Assembly: GCF_001194135.2 (NCBI RefSeq) | Contig: NC_068984.1 | Span: 137,602,299-137,643,973 of the forward strand | Origin: Octopus bimaculoides | Taxonomy: Eukaryota | Reading direction: 5' to 3' | Length of the DNA: 41,675 bases | Shown: piece after piece, positions 10,911-22,910 of the stretch | How the letters are laid out: each line of letters starts with the position of its first letter | Numbering within the stretch: position 1 is the stretch's first letter | Position numbers and translations under genes: made by a program | The notes under the pieces: generated by a model | What the model saw: the letters and a program-made list of their open reading frames with translations, nothing else | The model's database searches: none | Told to the model about the DNA's origin: nothing

Positions 10911-12523
10911 CAATGATGGGTGATAGTCATTATGGAAAGTCTTTCGTTCTCGGCAACAAGTATTTCGTTGTTCACCCAATTGAATTCCTATCGGTAAAAT
11001 TAACATGTATGTTGTTGAGTATTCCACAGTAACATGTACTCTTAACGTAATTCTCAGAACTTAGCGTGATACAATGTGACAAGGCTAAATCTTTGAAAAT
11101 AAAATTGAGAAAGAGAGAGGGAAGACTCTACTCTTGTACTGGACTAGCGTTCTATTTATTGACCCTACAACTTTTTCCTCTATGGTATTCGAACTCACAG
11201 TACAGAAAGACGGAACGAATACTGTAAGGCGTTCAATCCGAAATCTTAACGGACGGCTCTACTAATTGGTCATCGTTTCAGTGGTGAATCTGTGATAGAA
11301 CCATCTACAGACAGGAAAGCAACCGAAGAGACTTGATTGTAAAGTATAGATTAACAAAGGTTAAATAAATAAAAAAAGACCTTGTAAATATGGGAAGGAA
11401 AAAAAAAACTGTCGAGTTTAGCTTACGGACCTTTTCCAGCAAGATCTCAATGGAGATATAAATATACTTAAAAAAGGAGTTGGCACAGGTAGGAAGAAGT
11501 CCGATAACCGTCCACCCGCATCCACTGCATGTTTTCAACCTGTCTAAACCAATTCCTGCATGGATGTAAAGATTTTTCTTAGCTCGCTGTTGATTTCTTG
11601 TGAGGGTCTTTCGGCTTTGACACACATTCTCCGCACACATGNNNNNNNNNNNNNNNNNNNNNNNNNNNNNNNNNNNNNNNNNNNNNNNNNNNNNNNNNNN
11701 NNNNNNNNNNNNNNNNNNNNNNNNNNNNNNNNNNNNNNNNNNNNNNNNNNNNNNNNNNNNNNNNNNNNNNNNNNNNNNNNNNNNNNNNNNNNNNNNNNNN
11801 NNNNNNNNNNNNNNNNNNNNNNNNNNNNNNNNNNNNNNNNNNNNNNNNNNNNNNNNNNNNNNNNNNNNNNNNNNNNNNNNNNNNNNNNNNNNNNNNNNNN
11901 NNNNNNNNNNNNNNNNNNNNNNNNNNNNNNNNNNNNNNNNNNNNNNNNNNNNNNNNNNNNNNNNNNNNNNNNNNNNNNNNNNNNNNNNNNNNNNNNNNNN
12001 NNNNNNNNNNNNNNNNNNNNNNNNNNNNNNNNNNNNNNNNNNNNNNNNNNNNNNNNNNNNNNNNNNNNNNNNNNNNNNNNNNNNNNNNNNNNNNNNNNNN
12101 NNNNNNNNNNNNNNNNNNNNNNNNNNNNNNNNNNNNNNNNNNNNNNNNNNNNNNNNNNNNNNNNNNNNNNNNNNNNNNNNNNNNNNNNNNNNNNNNNNNN
12201 NNNNNNNNNNNNNNNNNNNNNNNNNNNNNNNNNNNNNNNNNNNNNNNNNNNNNNNNNNNNNNNNNNNNNNNNNNNNNNNNNNNNNNNNNNNNNNNNNNNN
12301 NNNNNNNNNNNNNNNNNNNNNNNNNNNNNNNNNNNNNNNNNNNNNNNNNNNNNNNNNNNNNNNNNNNNNNNNNNNNNNNNNNNNNNNNNNNNNNNNNNNN
12401 NNNNNNNNNNNNNNNNNNNNNNNNNNNNNNNNNNNNNNNNNNNNNNNNNNNNNNNNNNNNNNNNNNNNNNNNNNNNNNNNNNNNNNNNNNNNNNNNNNNN
12501 NNNNNNNNNNNNNNNNNNNNNNN

Positions 12524-12763
12524 ATTGTATTATGTCAATTTACCTGTTTATTTTTCAAGAGGACCGGACAGTAAAAACAATATACAAACACATATGACAT
12601 ATGTCATATCAGTAATAAAAAATTAAAAAGGACATTTCGGTCACTAGATGTCCTTTTTAATTTTGTATTACTGATATGACATATGTCATATGTGTTTGTA
12701 TATTGTTTTTATTGACCTGTCCTCTTAGCTGAAAAATAAACAGGTAAATTGACATAATACAAT
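12524..12763. repeat. About 240-bp near-perfect palindrome (left arm runs into a gap)
   Basis: Arms 12524-12634 and 12647-12763; 12-nt loop. Confidence 0.9.
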
Positions 12764-13055
12764 GTCTGCAAGTTGATGAGTACCACATATTCCCCTCCAT
12801 TTTCTTATTGCTATATAAATTAAGGGTAAAATTTCCTTTTACCCGCACCCGTTTATTGNNNNNNNNNNTCTTATTGCTATATAAATTAAGGGTAAAATTT
12901 CCTTTTACCCGCACCCGTTTATTGCACTTGGTAAAAACACTAGTGTAATAGTAATTGGGTATCCTTCTGGCAGTATATTGGATAGATATTATCCCTCAGT
13001 AGATTGGATTCACAACCGCTAACTTTCTTGGATTATATATATATATATATATATA

Positions 13056-13370
13056 TTCTTTTACTTGTTTCAGTCATTTGACTTTGGCCATGCTGGAACA
13101 CCGCCTTTAGTAGAGCAAATCGACCCCAGGACTTATTCTTTGGAAGCCTAGTACTTATTCTATCGGTCTCTTTTGCCGAACCGCTAAGTTACGGGAACGT
13201 AAACACACCACCATCGGTTGCCCAGCGATGTTGGGGGACAAACACATAAACATATACACACACATACATATATGCATATATGCGACGGGCTTCTTTCAGT
13301 TTTCGTCTACCAAATCCACTCACCAAATCCACTCACACCAAATCCACTCACACCAAATCCACTCACACCA
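13056..13370 (-). mobile_element. SINE family B, 5'-truncated, with a 15-mer tandem at the junction
   Basis: B tail and body; ACCAAATCCACTCAC repeated at 13322, 13337 and 13352. Confidence 0.9.
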
Positions 13371-13517
13371 GACTGTTAGAGACGGACATGCCGTGTTGGC
13401 CAGTATACATAGATATTAGGCTTTTAACTATAATTTTTTATCATCTATGCAGGTCAGTCATTTCGGATGTAGAACGTACACGAATTACAAACCAATAGCA
13501 ACATTAAAAAATGGGTA

Positions 13518-13852
13518 AAAGTCCCTTTCGGTCATGAATGACCAAGGGATTGCACCTAGGAAGTTACCCTCCGACGCACAAGTCCGGGTAAGTTTGTTTA
13601 TGGAAGGCCGTCAGTCGCCCATGCATGCCAGCCTCCCCTCTCTACACCACTGATGTTATCCAAGGGGAAGGCAAAGGGGCCGATACAGCTTGGCACCAGT
13701 GACATCGCGAGCCATTTCTACAGCTGAGTGAACTGGAACAGCATGAAATAAAGTGTCTTGCTCAAGAACACAACACACAACCCGGTCCGGGAATCGAATT
13801 CACTACCTTACGATAGTGAGCTCAACGCTCTAACCAATGATCCATGCGCCTT
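13518..13852 (-). mobile_element. SINE family E
   Basis: Collinear with 9676-10002; possible TSD ACATTAA. Confidence 0.9.
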
Positions 13853-14682
13853 ACATTAAGTGGTCCACAATGAGCAGCAGGCGATAACAACCGGTATGAC
13901 TGACTTAACATGAGTAAAGAGTTCTATCTAGAATCTTGAAACCCGGGTCAATGACATTATCTCTCACCTTTGTAGTATAACTGTGTCAGTGACCAAGTCG
14001 TACTTAGAGCGACGGTTTTGACTCCTAACAGTGAAAGCTAAGGTACATATTTTTAAACGGATGGTTTGTGTCTTTCACGCTGTGATTTGTTTTAGTTTCA
14101 ATACATGGAAATACCACACACACACACACTCTCTCTCTCTCTCACTTACACACACACACTCTCTCTCTCTCTCACTTACACACATACACACACACACACA
14201 CACACACGTATATATATATATATATGTGTGTATGTATGTATGTGTGTGTGTGTGTGTGTGCATGAGTATATATCTATACATGTGTCTAAACAGTTCAGAA
14301 GTCTAGTTGTACTAGATGTATATACAAACAACTAAATGCATACGTACGGATACATGTGTCAAGAAGTACACACACACATGCATACATGCATGCATACATA
14401 CGTACATACATACATACATACATGCACACATACATAAATGGTTACCTAATTACCTAGTCGTCTACATTCCAATGGAAGAACCCGTTTCTATGCCTTACAA
14501 AACAGGTTCTTTCCTCCCTGTTGCGTAAAATTTTAATTAGAAAAACAGACTACATTCACAGATACATGCGTACGTATTTGTACATACATACATACATACA
14601 TACATACATGCATGCATACATACATGCATGCATACATACATGCATACATATACGTATGTATACTTTCGGAAATTAATGTACG

Positions 14683-14714
<32 letters not shown>

Positions 14715-15541
14715 TTTATATATATATNNNNNNNNNNNNNNNNNNNNNNNNNNNNNNNNNNNNNNNNNNNNNNNNNNNNNNNNNNNNNNNNNNNNNNNNN
14801 NNNNNNNNNNNNNNNNNNNNNNNNNNNNNNNNNNNNNNNNNNNNNNNNNNNNNNNNNNNNNNNNNNNNNNNNNNNNNNNNNNNNNNNNNNNNNNNNNNNN
14901 NNNNNNNNNNNNNNNNNNNNNNNNNNNNNNNNNNNNNNNNNNNNNNNNNNNNNNNNNNNNNNNNNNNNNNNNNNNNNNNNNNNNNNNNNNNNNNNNNNNN
15001 NNNNNNNNNNNNNNNNNNNNNNNNNNNNNNNNNNNNNNNNNNNNNNNNNNNNNNNNNNNNNNNNNNNNNNNNNNNNNNNNNNNNNNNNNNNNNNNNNNNN
15101 NNNNNNNNNNNNNNNNNNNNNNNNNNNNNNNNNNNNNNNNNNNNNNNNNNNNNNNNNNNNNNNNNNNNNNNNNNNNNNNNNNNNNNNNNNNNNNNNNNNN
15201 NNNNNNNNNNNNNNNNNNNNNNNNNNNNNNNNNNNNNNNNNNNNNNNNNNNNNNNNNNNNNNNNNNNNNNNNNNNNNNNNNNNNNNNNNNNNNNNNNNNN
15301 NNNNNNNNNNNNNNNNNNNNNNNNNNNNNNNNNNNNNNNNNNNNNNNNNNNNNNNNNNNNNNNNNNNNNNNNNNNNNNNNNNNNNNNNNNNNNNNNNNNN
15401 NNNNNNNNNNNNNNNNNNNNNNNNNNNNNNNNNNNNNNNNNNNNNNNNNNNNNNNNNNNNNNAGTGGTCTATAAACTAAAGCGCCTCATGCATGAGAAAC
15501 AATTGGTCACTCTACGACCGGACATATATTTAACTTCATGT

Positions 15542-15652
15542 AAAGGTACACGTGTCTGTGGAGTGCTCAACCACTTGCACGTTAATTTCACGAGCAGGCT
15601 GTTCCGTTGATCAGATCAACAGGAACCCTCGTCGTCATCAACGACGGAGTAC
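15542..15652 (+). mobile_element. SINE family A, 3' fragment
   Basis: GGTACACGTGTCTGTGGAGTGCTC...GACGGAG. Confidence 0.85.
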
Positions 15653-16287
15653 CTCGTATATATATATATATATAAGTGCTGAGGCAATTCATTTGAATAA
15701 AAAGTACTTCCAGGTGTAACATTTGACCGCGGCCATGCTGGAGCACCAAATGGAGTCTTTACTAGTTAACTTGAATATTTTCAGGAATTGTGGTATTCAC
15801 CGTTGACACCAGGGTAGGTTGTTCTGTGAATATAAACTGTTTTCTCTCTCTCTCTCATTTTATTTTTTTTTAGTGGGGTGATATTTTTCGTAGCCTGTTT
15901 CGTATACGACTTTAGTTATAATTTGCTTTATTTACTTATGTACATTTATTAGTTTTATTCATTTATTCATCTATTTATTTATTTATTTATTTATTCATTC
16001 ATTTTTTGTTTTGCCTTCAGGCATTGAAAGACATACCGTGTGGCAGTGAAGAATGGGCGAGTGAGAGAAACAAAACAAGCAGGCTGAACAAGAAGAAACA
16101 GCCGAATGCAAAAGCATTTGACTAGAGCTGGGTGATGTTTAAAAACAAAATCCAACAATAGAGCACATTCCATCATGATGACAGCGGGTACAATAGTGTA
16201 GTTCGCCCGTTCCATTAAACCTGGTCGGCCCGTTTGTCTATTTCTCCCGCCGTCTCTCTTTCTAAGCCCCTTACTTTCACCCCTTCG

Positions 16288-16296
16288 GTTCCCACA

Positions 16297-16347
<51 letters not shown>
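16288..16347. repeat. (TATC)n microsatellite
   Basis: Direct reading. Confidence 0.95.
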
Positions 16348-16588
16348 AACACACGGTTACACCCATGTAAACGCAAGCACCCTCCATATATATGAATATT
16401 ATGTGTGTGGATGTGCATGTATTTATATGTATATGTGTGTGTGTGTGTGTACGTATTTTTTTTTGTCTTAGGCTTAAGAGTCCGACAGACGTCCGCGAGA
16501 CTAAGACCTTTGTGGATGCGAAACCATTGGTCATTCTATGATCGGACATAAACTTAATTACTTGATATATATATATATATATACACAC

Positions 16589-16669
16589 ACAAAATTAAGG
16601 GTTCAGCAACAGGTTTCTTCACCGCATTCCGAAGTTCAGAAATACTGTTTGCTGAACCCTTAATTTTGT
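16589..16669. repeat. 81-bp hairpin with a 21-bp perfect stem
   Basis: ACAAAATTAAGGGTTCAGCAA 16589-16609 and its reverse complement 16649-16669. Confidence 0.9.
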
Positions 16670-16797
16670 TTATAAATGTATAAGAACTTTTAAATAAGTT
16701 CCACACCGATAATGGTGCTTACATACCGAAGGGCTTGGTAAAAATTATTAATTATTAATTTATTAATAAATTGATAATCCTTTACCCTTTTAATTGT

Positions 16798-16855
<58 letters not shown>

Positions 16856-17559
16856 CACAAAAATGGGACAGAACGCCAAACATCCAGACAGACGATTCAA
16901 AGAAAACAAGGACGGGTCATTTGGAGTTTTCTTTCCTCAGTCGAGTTCCAGATTATCTTTGCAATTTCGGCTGGTTATACTTGAGATTGCTCCAATCTGG
17001 TCAGCCCCAAGGAAAAACTAAGCTAAGAGCACTAGATTCCTTGGAAGAAAGCAGTGAATGTATACGAAAACAAGGACGGAAAAAAAACGAGAAATAGTAC
17101 ATAAATACAAATAACAGGACATTAACAACGGGTGTCTTTCGACTAAGGACGAATTGAATTAAGCTGACGTGTGTGGAAGTAAAGCCTTACAGCAGGGACA
17201 TACGATTTAACAGGCACAGGGAGGAATATAGATGTTGCACTGATGGTAGTCGAACCAAGAAAGAAAGGTTAGACTTGGCCGAACATCGGTCGCGTGGGGA
17301 GAGAAGAGAGAGAGGTAGAGATAGAGGGATAAAAGAATTAGGGAGGGGCGAGAAAAAAATGAAAGGGACAGAGTGAAGTGAAAGAGGAGGGAAGGTGAGG
17401 ATGAAGAGAAGGCCAGGAAATGTGAGAGAGGGGGAACGAAAGCACGAAGAGTAGAATGAATGAAGTGAGTGTGAAGAGGCTGATAGAAAGAAGGAAAGAA
17501 TGAAAGAATAGAAAGAATAATAGAGTCGTATAAAATTTAGATAGTCAATTCAAATAAAA

Positions 17560-17647
17560 AAAAATCGAAGAAAACGGACGTAAGGACGTGAACAAGAAAC
17601 GCATTAGCTTGACGCTCGGTGAAAGGAGAGAGTTTGACGTTTCGAGC
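17560..17647 (-). mobile_element. PLE-associated repeat fragment with the 3' half of a hammerhead core, cut by a SINE B head fragment
   Basis: Minus strand GCTC-GAAAC-GTC (17647-17636); TGACTGTGTGACAAGAAGCTTGCTT (B head, identical to 29089) follows on plus. Confidence 0.45.
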
Positions 17648-18309
17648 ATAACGTGACTGTGTGACAAGAAGCTTGCTTCTCAACCGTATGGATTCGAGAT
17701 AGCTAGACATCACTAAATGAAAACAAAAACAGAACGTGGACAAAGTTTTAAACAAAATGAAAGCAAAACATTACAACCAAAGGCGCCTGAGGGATACGTG
17801 CATGCCTGAAGAAAAGATGTGCGGTATTCTGAATAATGTTATTACGCCCTTTTTCTCCTGGATTTTGGCTAATATATGTAAATTTATATCGCGGATTCTT
17901 CAGTATATCACGGGTTTCTGCGGCTGATAGCTATTTATATTCTTTTAGATTTGAATTATTTCTGTGGTAAAATGAGCATTTTCACGCCTAAAAATTAATA
18001 AATTAATAAATAAGAGTAGAGTATAGTACTGCACTGTGTAACACATTAATTGAAATATATTAAAAGAAAATTCGTAGTGTACCGTAGATGAGAAAACAAA
18101 GAATCGCACATACAGTAGTGGCCATAATATAAGGGTCACATAACTTACGAAATATTTACTCCATTCACTTGAAATTTTCACGAAAGATAGATATTAGATA
18201 TATCTAAATATATGTAAAATAACTAGTCCCAACGTATTGTTAATCTTCTTTAATAAATATTTCAATACACTAGTTCTTACTGACTCTCATATTACGGTTG
18301 CTACTGTAC

Positions 18310-18495
18310 AGTATGGAAAACGAAACTCGGGAGGTGAGTGAGTGGCATTGTTTTGCATTTATAATAAAATAAATATATACAAATTATAAAAATGATAAAA
18401 AAAATATACAGTACAGTACTGTTTCTACTTCGCTGGTTTTCACCTATCGCGGGAGGTTTCGGAATGTAACACCCGCGATAGTCGAGGGATTACTG
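18310..18495. mobile_element. Tigger/pogo-like MITE terminus
   Basis: Ends GAGGGATTACTG|TA; subterminal hairpin TATCGCGGG...CCCGCGATA (18445-18480). The other end was not found. Confidence 0.65.
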
Positions 18496-18789
18496 TATTC
18501 TACAATTATAATAAAATTTGTGCTACTATAATGAAACATATGTATAAAATTTATTCTGTGTTTTTTTTCTTATATATATTTGAAAATAGCTATTCAGGTC
18601 GAAACGAAATCGCCTGGGAGAAATTTTATTGTGCATAGATACAATGGTGAACTTAAAATTGAATCCAAACGATAATTGTTAGTGACTAATCTGACCCCAT
18701 TTCGCACAGGTAGTAGCTGTAACAGCTTCAGTTTTAACATCAAAATATGTCAATACTAAAAATATTTAGCAATCTTTCTTTTTTCTTTT

Positions 18790-19652
18790 ATCTTTTACTT
18801 GAGTCAGTCATTAGACTACAGCCATGCTGTGGCACCACCTTGAAGAATCTTTAGTTGAATGAATCGATCCCCAAGTTTTATATTTAAAGCCTAGTACTTA
18901 TTCCATCAGCTCTTTTGCCGAACCTCTAAGTAACAGAGACGTAAACACACCAACGCCAATTGTCAAACGATGATGGGGAAACGAACACAAAGACACACAC
19001 ACACACACACNNNNNNNNNNNNNNNNNNNNNNNNNNNNNNNNNNNNNNNNNNNNNNNNNNNNNNNNNNNNNNNNNNNNNNNNNNNNNNNNNNNNNNNNNN
19101 NNNNNNNNNNNNNNNNNNNNNNNNNNNNNNNNNNNNNNNNNNNNNNNNNNNNNNNNNNNNNNNNNNNNNNNNNNNNNNNNNNNNNNNNNNNNNNNNNNNN
19201 NNNNNNNNNNNNNNNNNNNNNNNNNNNNNNNNNNNNNNNNNNNNNNNNNNNNNNNNNNNNNNNNNNNNNNNNNNNNNNNNNNNNNNNNNNNNNNNNNNNN
19301 NNNNNNNNNNNNNNNNNNNNNNNNNNNNNNNNNNNNNNNNNNNNNNNNNNNNNNNNNNNNNNNNNNNNNNNNNNNNNNNNNNNNNNNNNNNNNNNNNNNN
19401 NNNNNNNNNNNNNNNNNNNNNNNNNNNNNNNNNNNNNNNNNNNNNNNNNNNNNNNNNNNNNNNNNNNNNNNNNNNNNNNNNNNNNNNNNNNNNNNNNNNN
19501 NNNNNNNNNNNNNNNNNNNNNNNNNNNNNNNNNNNNNNNNNNNNNNTCGATTACTTTTGCTTACGGGGACGTAAACACACCAACACCGGCTGCCAAGTGG
19601 TGCTGGTGGGACAAATACGAACGAAAAGGCATACGCACGCACACACACACAC

Positions 19653-19655
<3 letters not shown>
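18790..19655 (-). mobile_element. SINE family B fragments on both sides of a gap
   Basis: GACGTAAACACACC occurs at about 18938 and again at about 19569. Confidence 0.75.
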
Positions 19656-19704
<49 letters not shown>

Positions 19705-19726
19705 AGATTATTGCGAAGTAGCATCA

Positions 19727-20358
19727 GTATTACCGGATCTTTTTTAAAACGGGGGCCACATTTTTCATTAACGAAACACTTTGAAACTTGGAACACTGGT
19801 AGAATGTGTCATGTAAAACATCTTTTTCTCTTNNNNNNNNNNNNNNNNNNNNNNNNNNNNNNNNNNNNNNNNNNNNNNNNNNNNNNNNNNNNNNNNNNNN
19901 NNNNNNNNNNNNNNNNNNNNNNNNNNNNNNNNNNNNNNNNNNNNNNNNNNNNNNNNNNNNNNNNNNNNNNNNNNNNNNNNNNNNNNNNNNNNNNNNNCCC
20001 TAACCCTAACCCTAACCCTAACCCTAACCATAGGGTTAGGGTTAGGGTTAGGGTTAAAGCAAATTTAAAATGAAAAAAGCAAATAAAACGAAGGTATGGA
20101 GATTAAATACGCTTTACACCGCTTAATCAGCCAAGGGAGTAAATATAAAAACAACTGAATACTTGTCAGTGATTGGTTGAAATTATCGAAATAAGACAAT
20201 TTTTTACATGAAATAAATTCGAATACAAAAATATTTTTCTGTTCTATAACACAAAATAGATAAGTATACGAAGTTTGAAAGTCTTTCGGTACCAAAAACA
20301 CTACGTAAAACATTAATGAAAAATGTGGCCCCCGTTTTAAAATAGATCCGCATTACCT
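19727..20358. mobile_element. TIR element (Kolobok-like) containing telomeric repeats
   Basis: 38-bp inverted repeats 19734-19771 and 20313-20350 (37/38 match); right end ...CATTACCT|TTAA; left end degraded. Confidence 0.65.
19998..20056. repeat. (CCCTAA)5 followed by inverted (TTAGGG)4
   Basis: Perfect 26-bp stem 20001-20026/20031-20056, loop ACCA. Confidence 0.95.
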
Positions 20359-20404
20359 TTAATTCATTTATATATATATAAATGCAGCCTCCAAACACAT
20401 TTTT

Positions 20405-21080
20405 CTAGTGCTTCGATTAGTAATGGCTGCAATTGCAGCCTTACTATAATACCGGTGCAGTTTCTTCAGGGTTTTCTCTTTAATATCTTTTGAGATTTAA
20501 CTGGTTAAAGTTTTATGCTGACTTTCTTTGCGTTCTCTGATCTGGAGTTGTACGTTTATTTAGATGCGAACTATTTTCAATTCAAGTATTGATCGAATAA
20601 TCACTCGTTTATTCCTTTTAGTCAGTTATTTCAAATATTTTTCTTTACTTAAACGTTTACAACTCATTTTTATTGAGCAATGGTAAATTTTCTTATATGC
20701 AAGCATCTTAAAGCTTATTCGTGTCTAAAATTTATATTACTTCAAATCTAAAAATTTGGTAAAATTTTTCTATACTTTTATTAGGTCCTGGTCTGTAAGG
20801 TTTTGCAGTACTAAATGATTCCCAGTTGATAGTGTAGGCTTTGTTTCTGTTTTTGATAGACTAGATTAACCTACTTAGACTTGTTTGGATTTTTTTTTAA
20901 ATTTTAATTATCTAAATGAATTTAAGTGATTAGCCAATCTTTTCTTTTGAAAATTAGTGCAGTATTCAATTCTCTCAGATGTAACTTTACACCTGTATAT
21001 TACATTTTTAGTTTTACATTTATTATTAACATAATAGGACTCCCTCTGGAGATCCATCATCTGTGAAGTAACAACTACAT
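20405..21080 (-). mobile_element. Penelope-like element remnant 2: GIY-YIG plus 3' region with a decayed hammerhead-like core
   Basis: CKTKNVIYRCKVTS...KRLANHLNSFR, then TSLSRLI*SIKNRNKAYTINWESFSTAKPYRPG, then LLNKNE; downstream CTGAAGA (20469-20463)...CGAAGC (20415-20410). Confidence 0.75.
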
Positions 21081-21699
21081 CCGAGTCACAAATGTGAAGA
21101 ATTGGAAGAAAAATGAGGAAGGAGGAATGAGAAGCAACTCCAACCCAGACCAGATCTTCCCCAAGGAACAACTTGCCCAACTTGCAGAAGATCCTTCCTT
21201 CAAAGCCTGAATTGGATTCATCGGCCTCCTCCTTCTAACACACCAACAACCCAGTATGGACTAGAATGAAGACCATCATCCTCTGAAAGAAGAGGAATAG
21301 TCAAAACGACGATTAATGTTGAAGAAAGATTATATGGTATGATATGCTTCATCCCTTTGGACTTAAATTTACTTCATTAACGGAAAGGAATAACTAATCA
21401 ATGACAATACTCAGCTAATTCCAGACACGAACACACACATCTATGAACATCGCGTATATAACCTATTAATCCCTAAAGATGTATGATGGACAGAAACAAT
21501 AATGAACCAAATGCGTGTGATAAGCAAAGACACCGATTCAATCTATAAGACGAATACTAACCTTGTGAGACATGATTGTTTGCACATAGAGATATCAATA
21601 AAATGCGATAATATATCTATTGTTCTGAATGAGGCCTAGAACTCCTCAGGTCAGTCACCCAATTTTCATGTCTTATAAGTGACTGACATCACAGCATTA

Positions 21700-21870
21700 T
21701 CCTTGAACGGACGCCAGTTTGTCGTTGGTTTACTAATTTGCAGCTAGATGGACTGGAGCAACGTGAAATGAAGTGTTTTGCTCTAGAATACAACATACCA
21801 CCTGGTCTGGAAATCATAGCTACAATCTAACGATCGTGAGTGCAACTTCATAACCAGTGGGACACACAAC
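21700..21870 (-). mobile_element. SINE family D (CORE-like), diverged
   Basis: GGACTGGAGCAACGTGAAATGAAGTGTTTTGCTC, similar to the family E core but with a different tail. Confidence 0.65.
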
Positions 21871-21948
21871 TTCATGATAATATATTTAGTCCTGTGATAT
21901 TGTTTAGCTTCATTGCTTTATAGAAGAACAATGTACAGACTATATATA

Positions 21949-22163
21949 CGAGGGATACTGAAAAGTTCCTGGCTTTGGTTAAAAAGAATATAGGAGGATC
22001 AGCTAATTATGATTTTATTTAACAAATTCCCCTCTCAGATTCACACACATATTGTAGCAGTCCTTCAGTTTTTCTAAGTCCTGTACAAAAACTTGGAAGG
22101 TTGGGCCTCCAGCCAGGCCTTTCGCGACACCTTTAAAGCCAAGAACTTTTCAGCACTCTCTCG
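21949..22163. mobile_element. Tc1/mariner MITE, 215 bp
   Basis: TA TSDs; about 28-bp TIRs CGAGGGATACTGAAAAGTTCCTGGCTTT / AAAGCCAAGAACTTTTCAGCACTCTCTCG. Confidence 0.9.
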
Positions 22164-22499
22164 TATAGACAATATTCAGACTTCCATTTTGATTGAGTGA
22201 CTAATGATATAGTCACCTTCTGGTGGTAGTGAGTAGTATGGTTATTAGTGTATCGATTAACTATTTCCGCGTTAGTGTATACTGACACGAAATAAACGGT
22301 TACTTCCTGTCATATTCAGTAACGATTATGAATTTTAGCCTTGAAAATACTCGTATTAAAGTTTGCAGAAGCAGAAGGAAAAAAAGTTGCACAAAAGGGA
22401 GATTTTGTAACTAATACTACAAAAAAATTGTTAAGGAATGTTTAATCTTATATAGGAAGTTGCATAAGGACCAGAATAGTAAGTGGTTCTGCATGTTTA

Positions 22500-22727
22500 T
22501 AAGGCAATGTTCTGTAGTAAGAAACTTGCTTTCCAGCCACGTGATTCTGGGATCAGTCCTTCTGCGTGGCACCTTGGGCAAATGTCTTCTACTATAGCCT
22601 CGGGCCAACCAAAGCCTTGTGAATGGATTTGGTAGACGGAAACTGAAAGAAACTCGTCATGTGTGTGTCTGTGTGACTGTGTTGGTCTCCCCTCTACCGC
22701 TTGACAACCTGTGTTGGTGTGTTTATG
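22500..22727 (+). mobile_element. SINE family B, 3'-interrupted
   Basis: Head and body similarity. Confidence 0.85.
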
Positions 22728-22910
22728 TTGTTTTTATATTGACATTTCTGTGATACACGATCCCTATTGATCGCTCCCCCCTTTTTTTCCACGATCCCTT
22801 TTGATCGGAATTCGACCCACTTTTTTTCTTCTCTTCTTCTTCCCCCCCAAAAAAGCTCTACTTTGTATTTTGCCTCCTCTGTGTTCAGCCCTGTGGGGCC
22901 AATAAAGAAA
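22728..22910 (+). mobile_element. Tx1-like 3' UTR fragment
   Basis: Ends CTCTGTGTTCAGCCCTGTGGGGCCAATAAAGAAA, similar to the tails at 7347-7380 and 40063-40098. Confidence 0.55.

Noticed and set aside
11520-11641. CAENVCQSR...LTRNQQR as an RTE C-terminal zinc knuckle
   Set aside because: The required His and Cys residues are missing and the segment is truncated by a gap.
12802-12925. About 57-bp direct repeat
   Set aside because: Identical copies on either side of a 10-N gap: a typical contig-overlap artefact.
17296-17525. Purine-rich tract as H-DNA
   Set aside because: Low-complexity GA-rich sequence without a clear mirror repeat; common in this kind of genome.
19998-20056. Telomere-telomere fusion scar
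   Set aside because: A fusion gives (TTAGGG)n then (CCCTAA)n; here the order is reversed and the array lies inside a TIR element.
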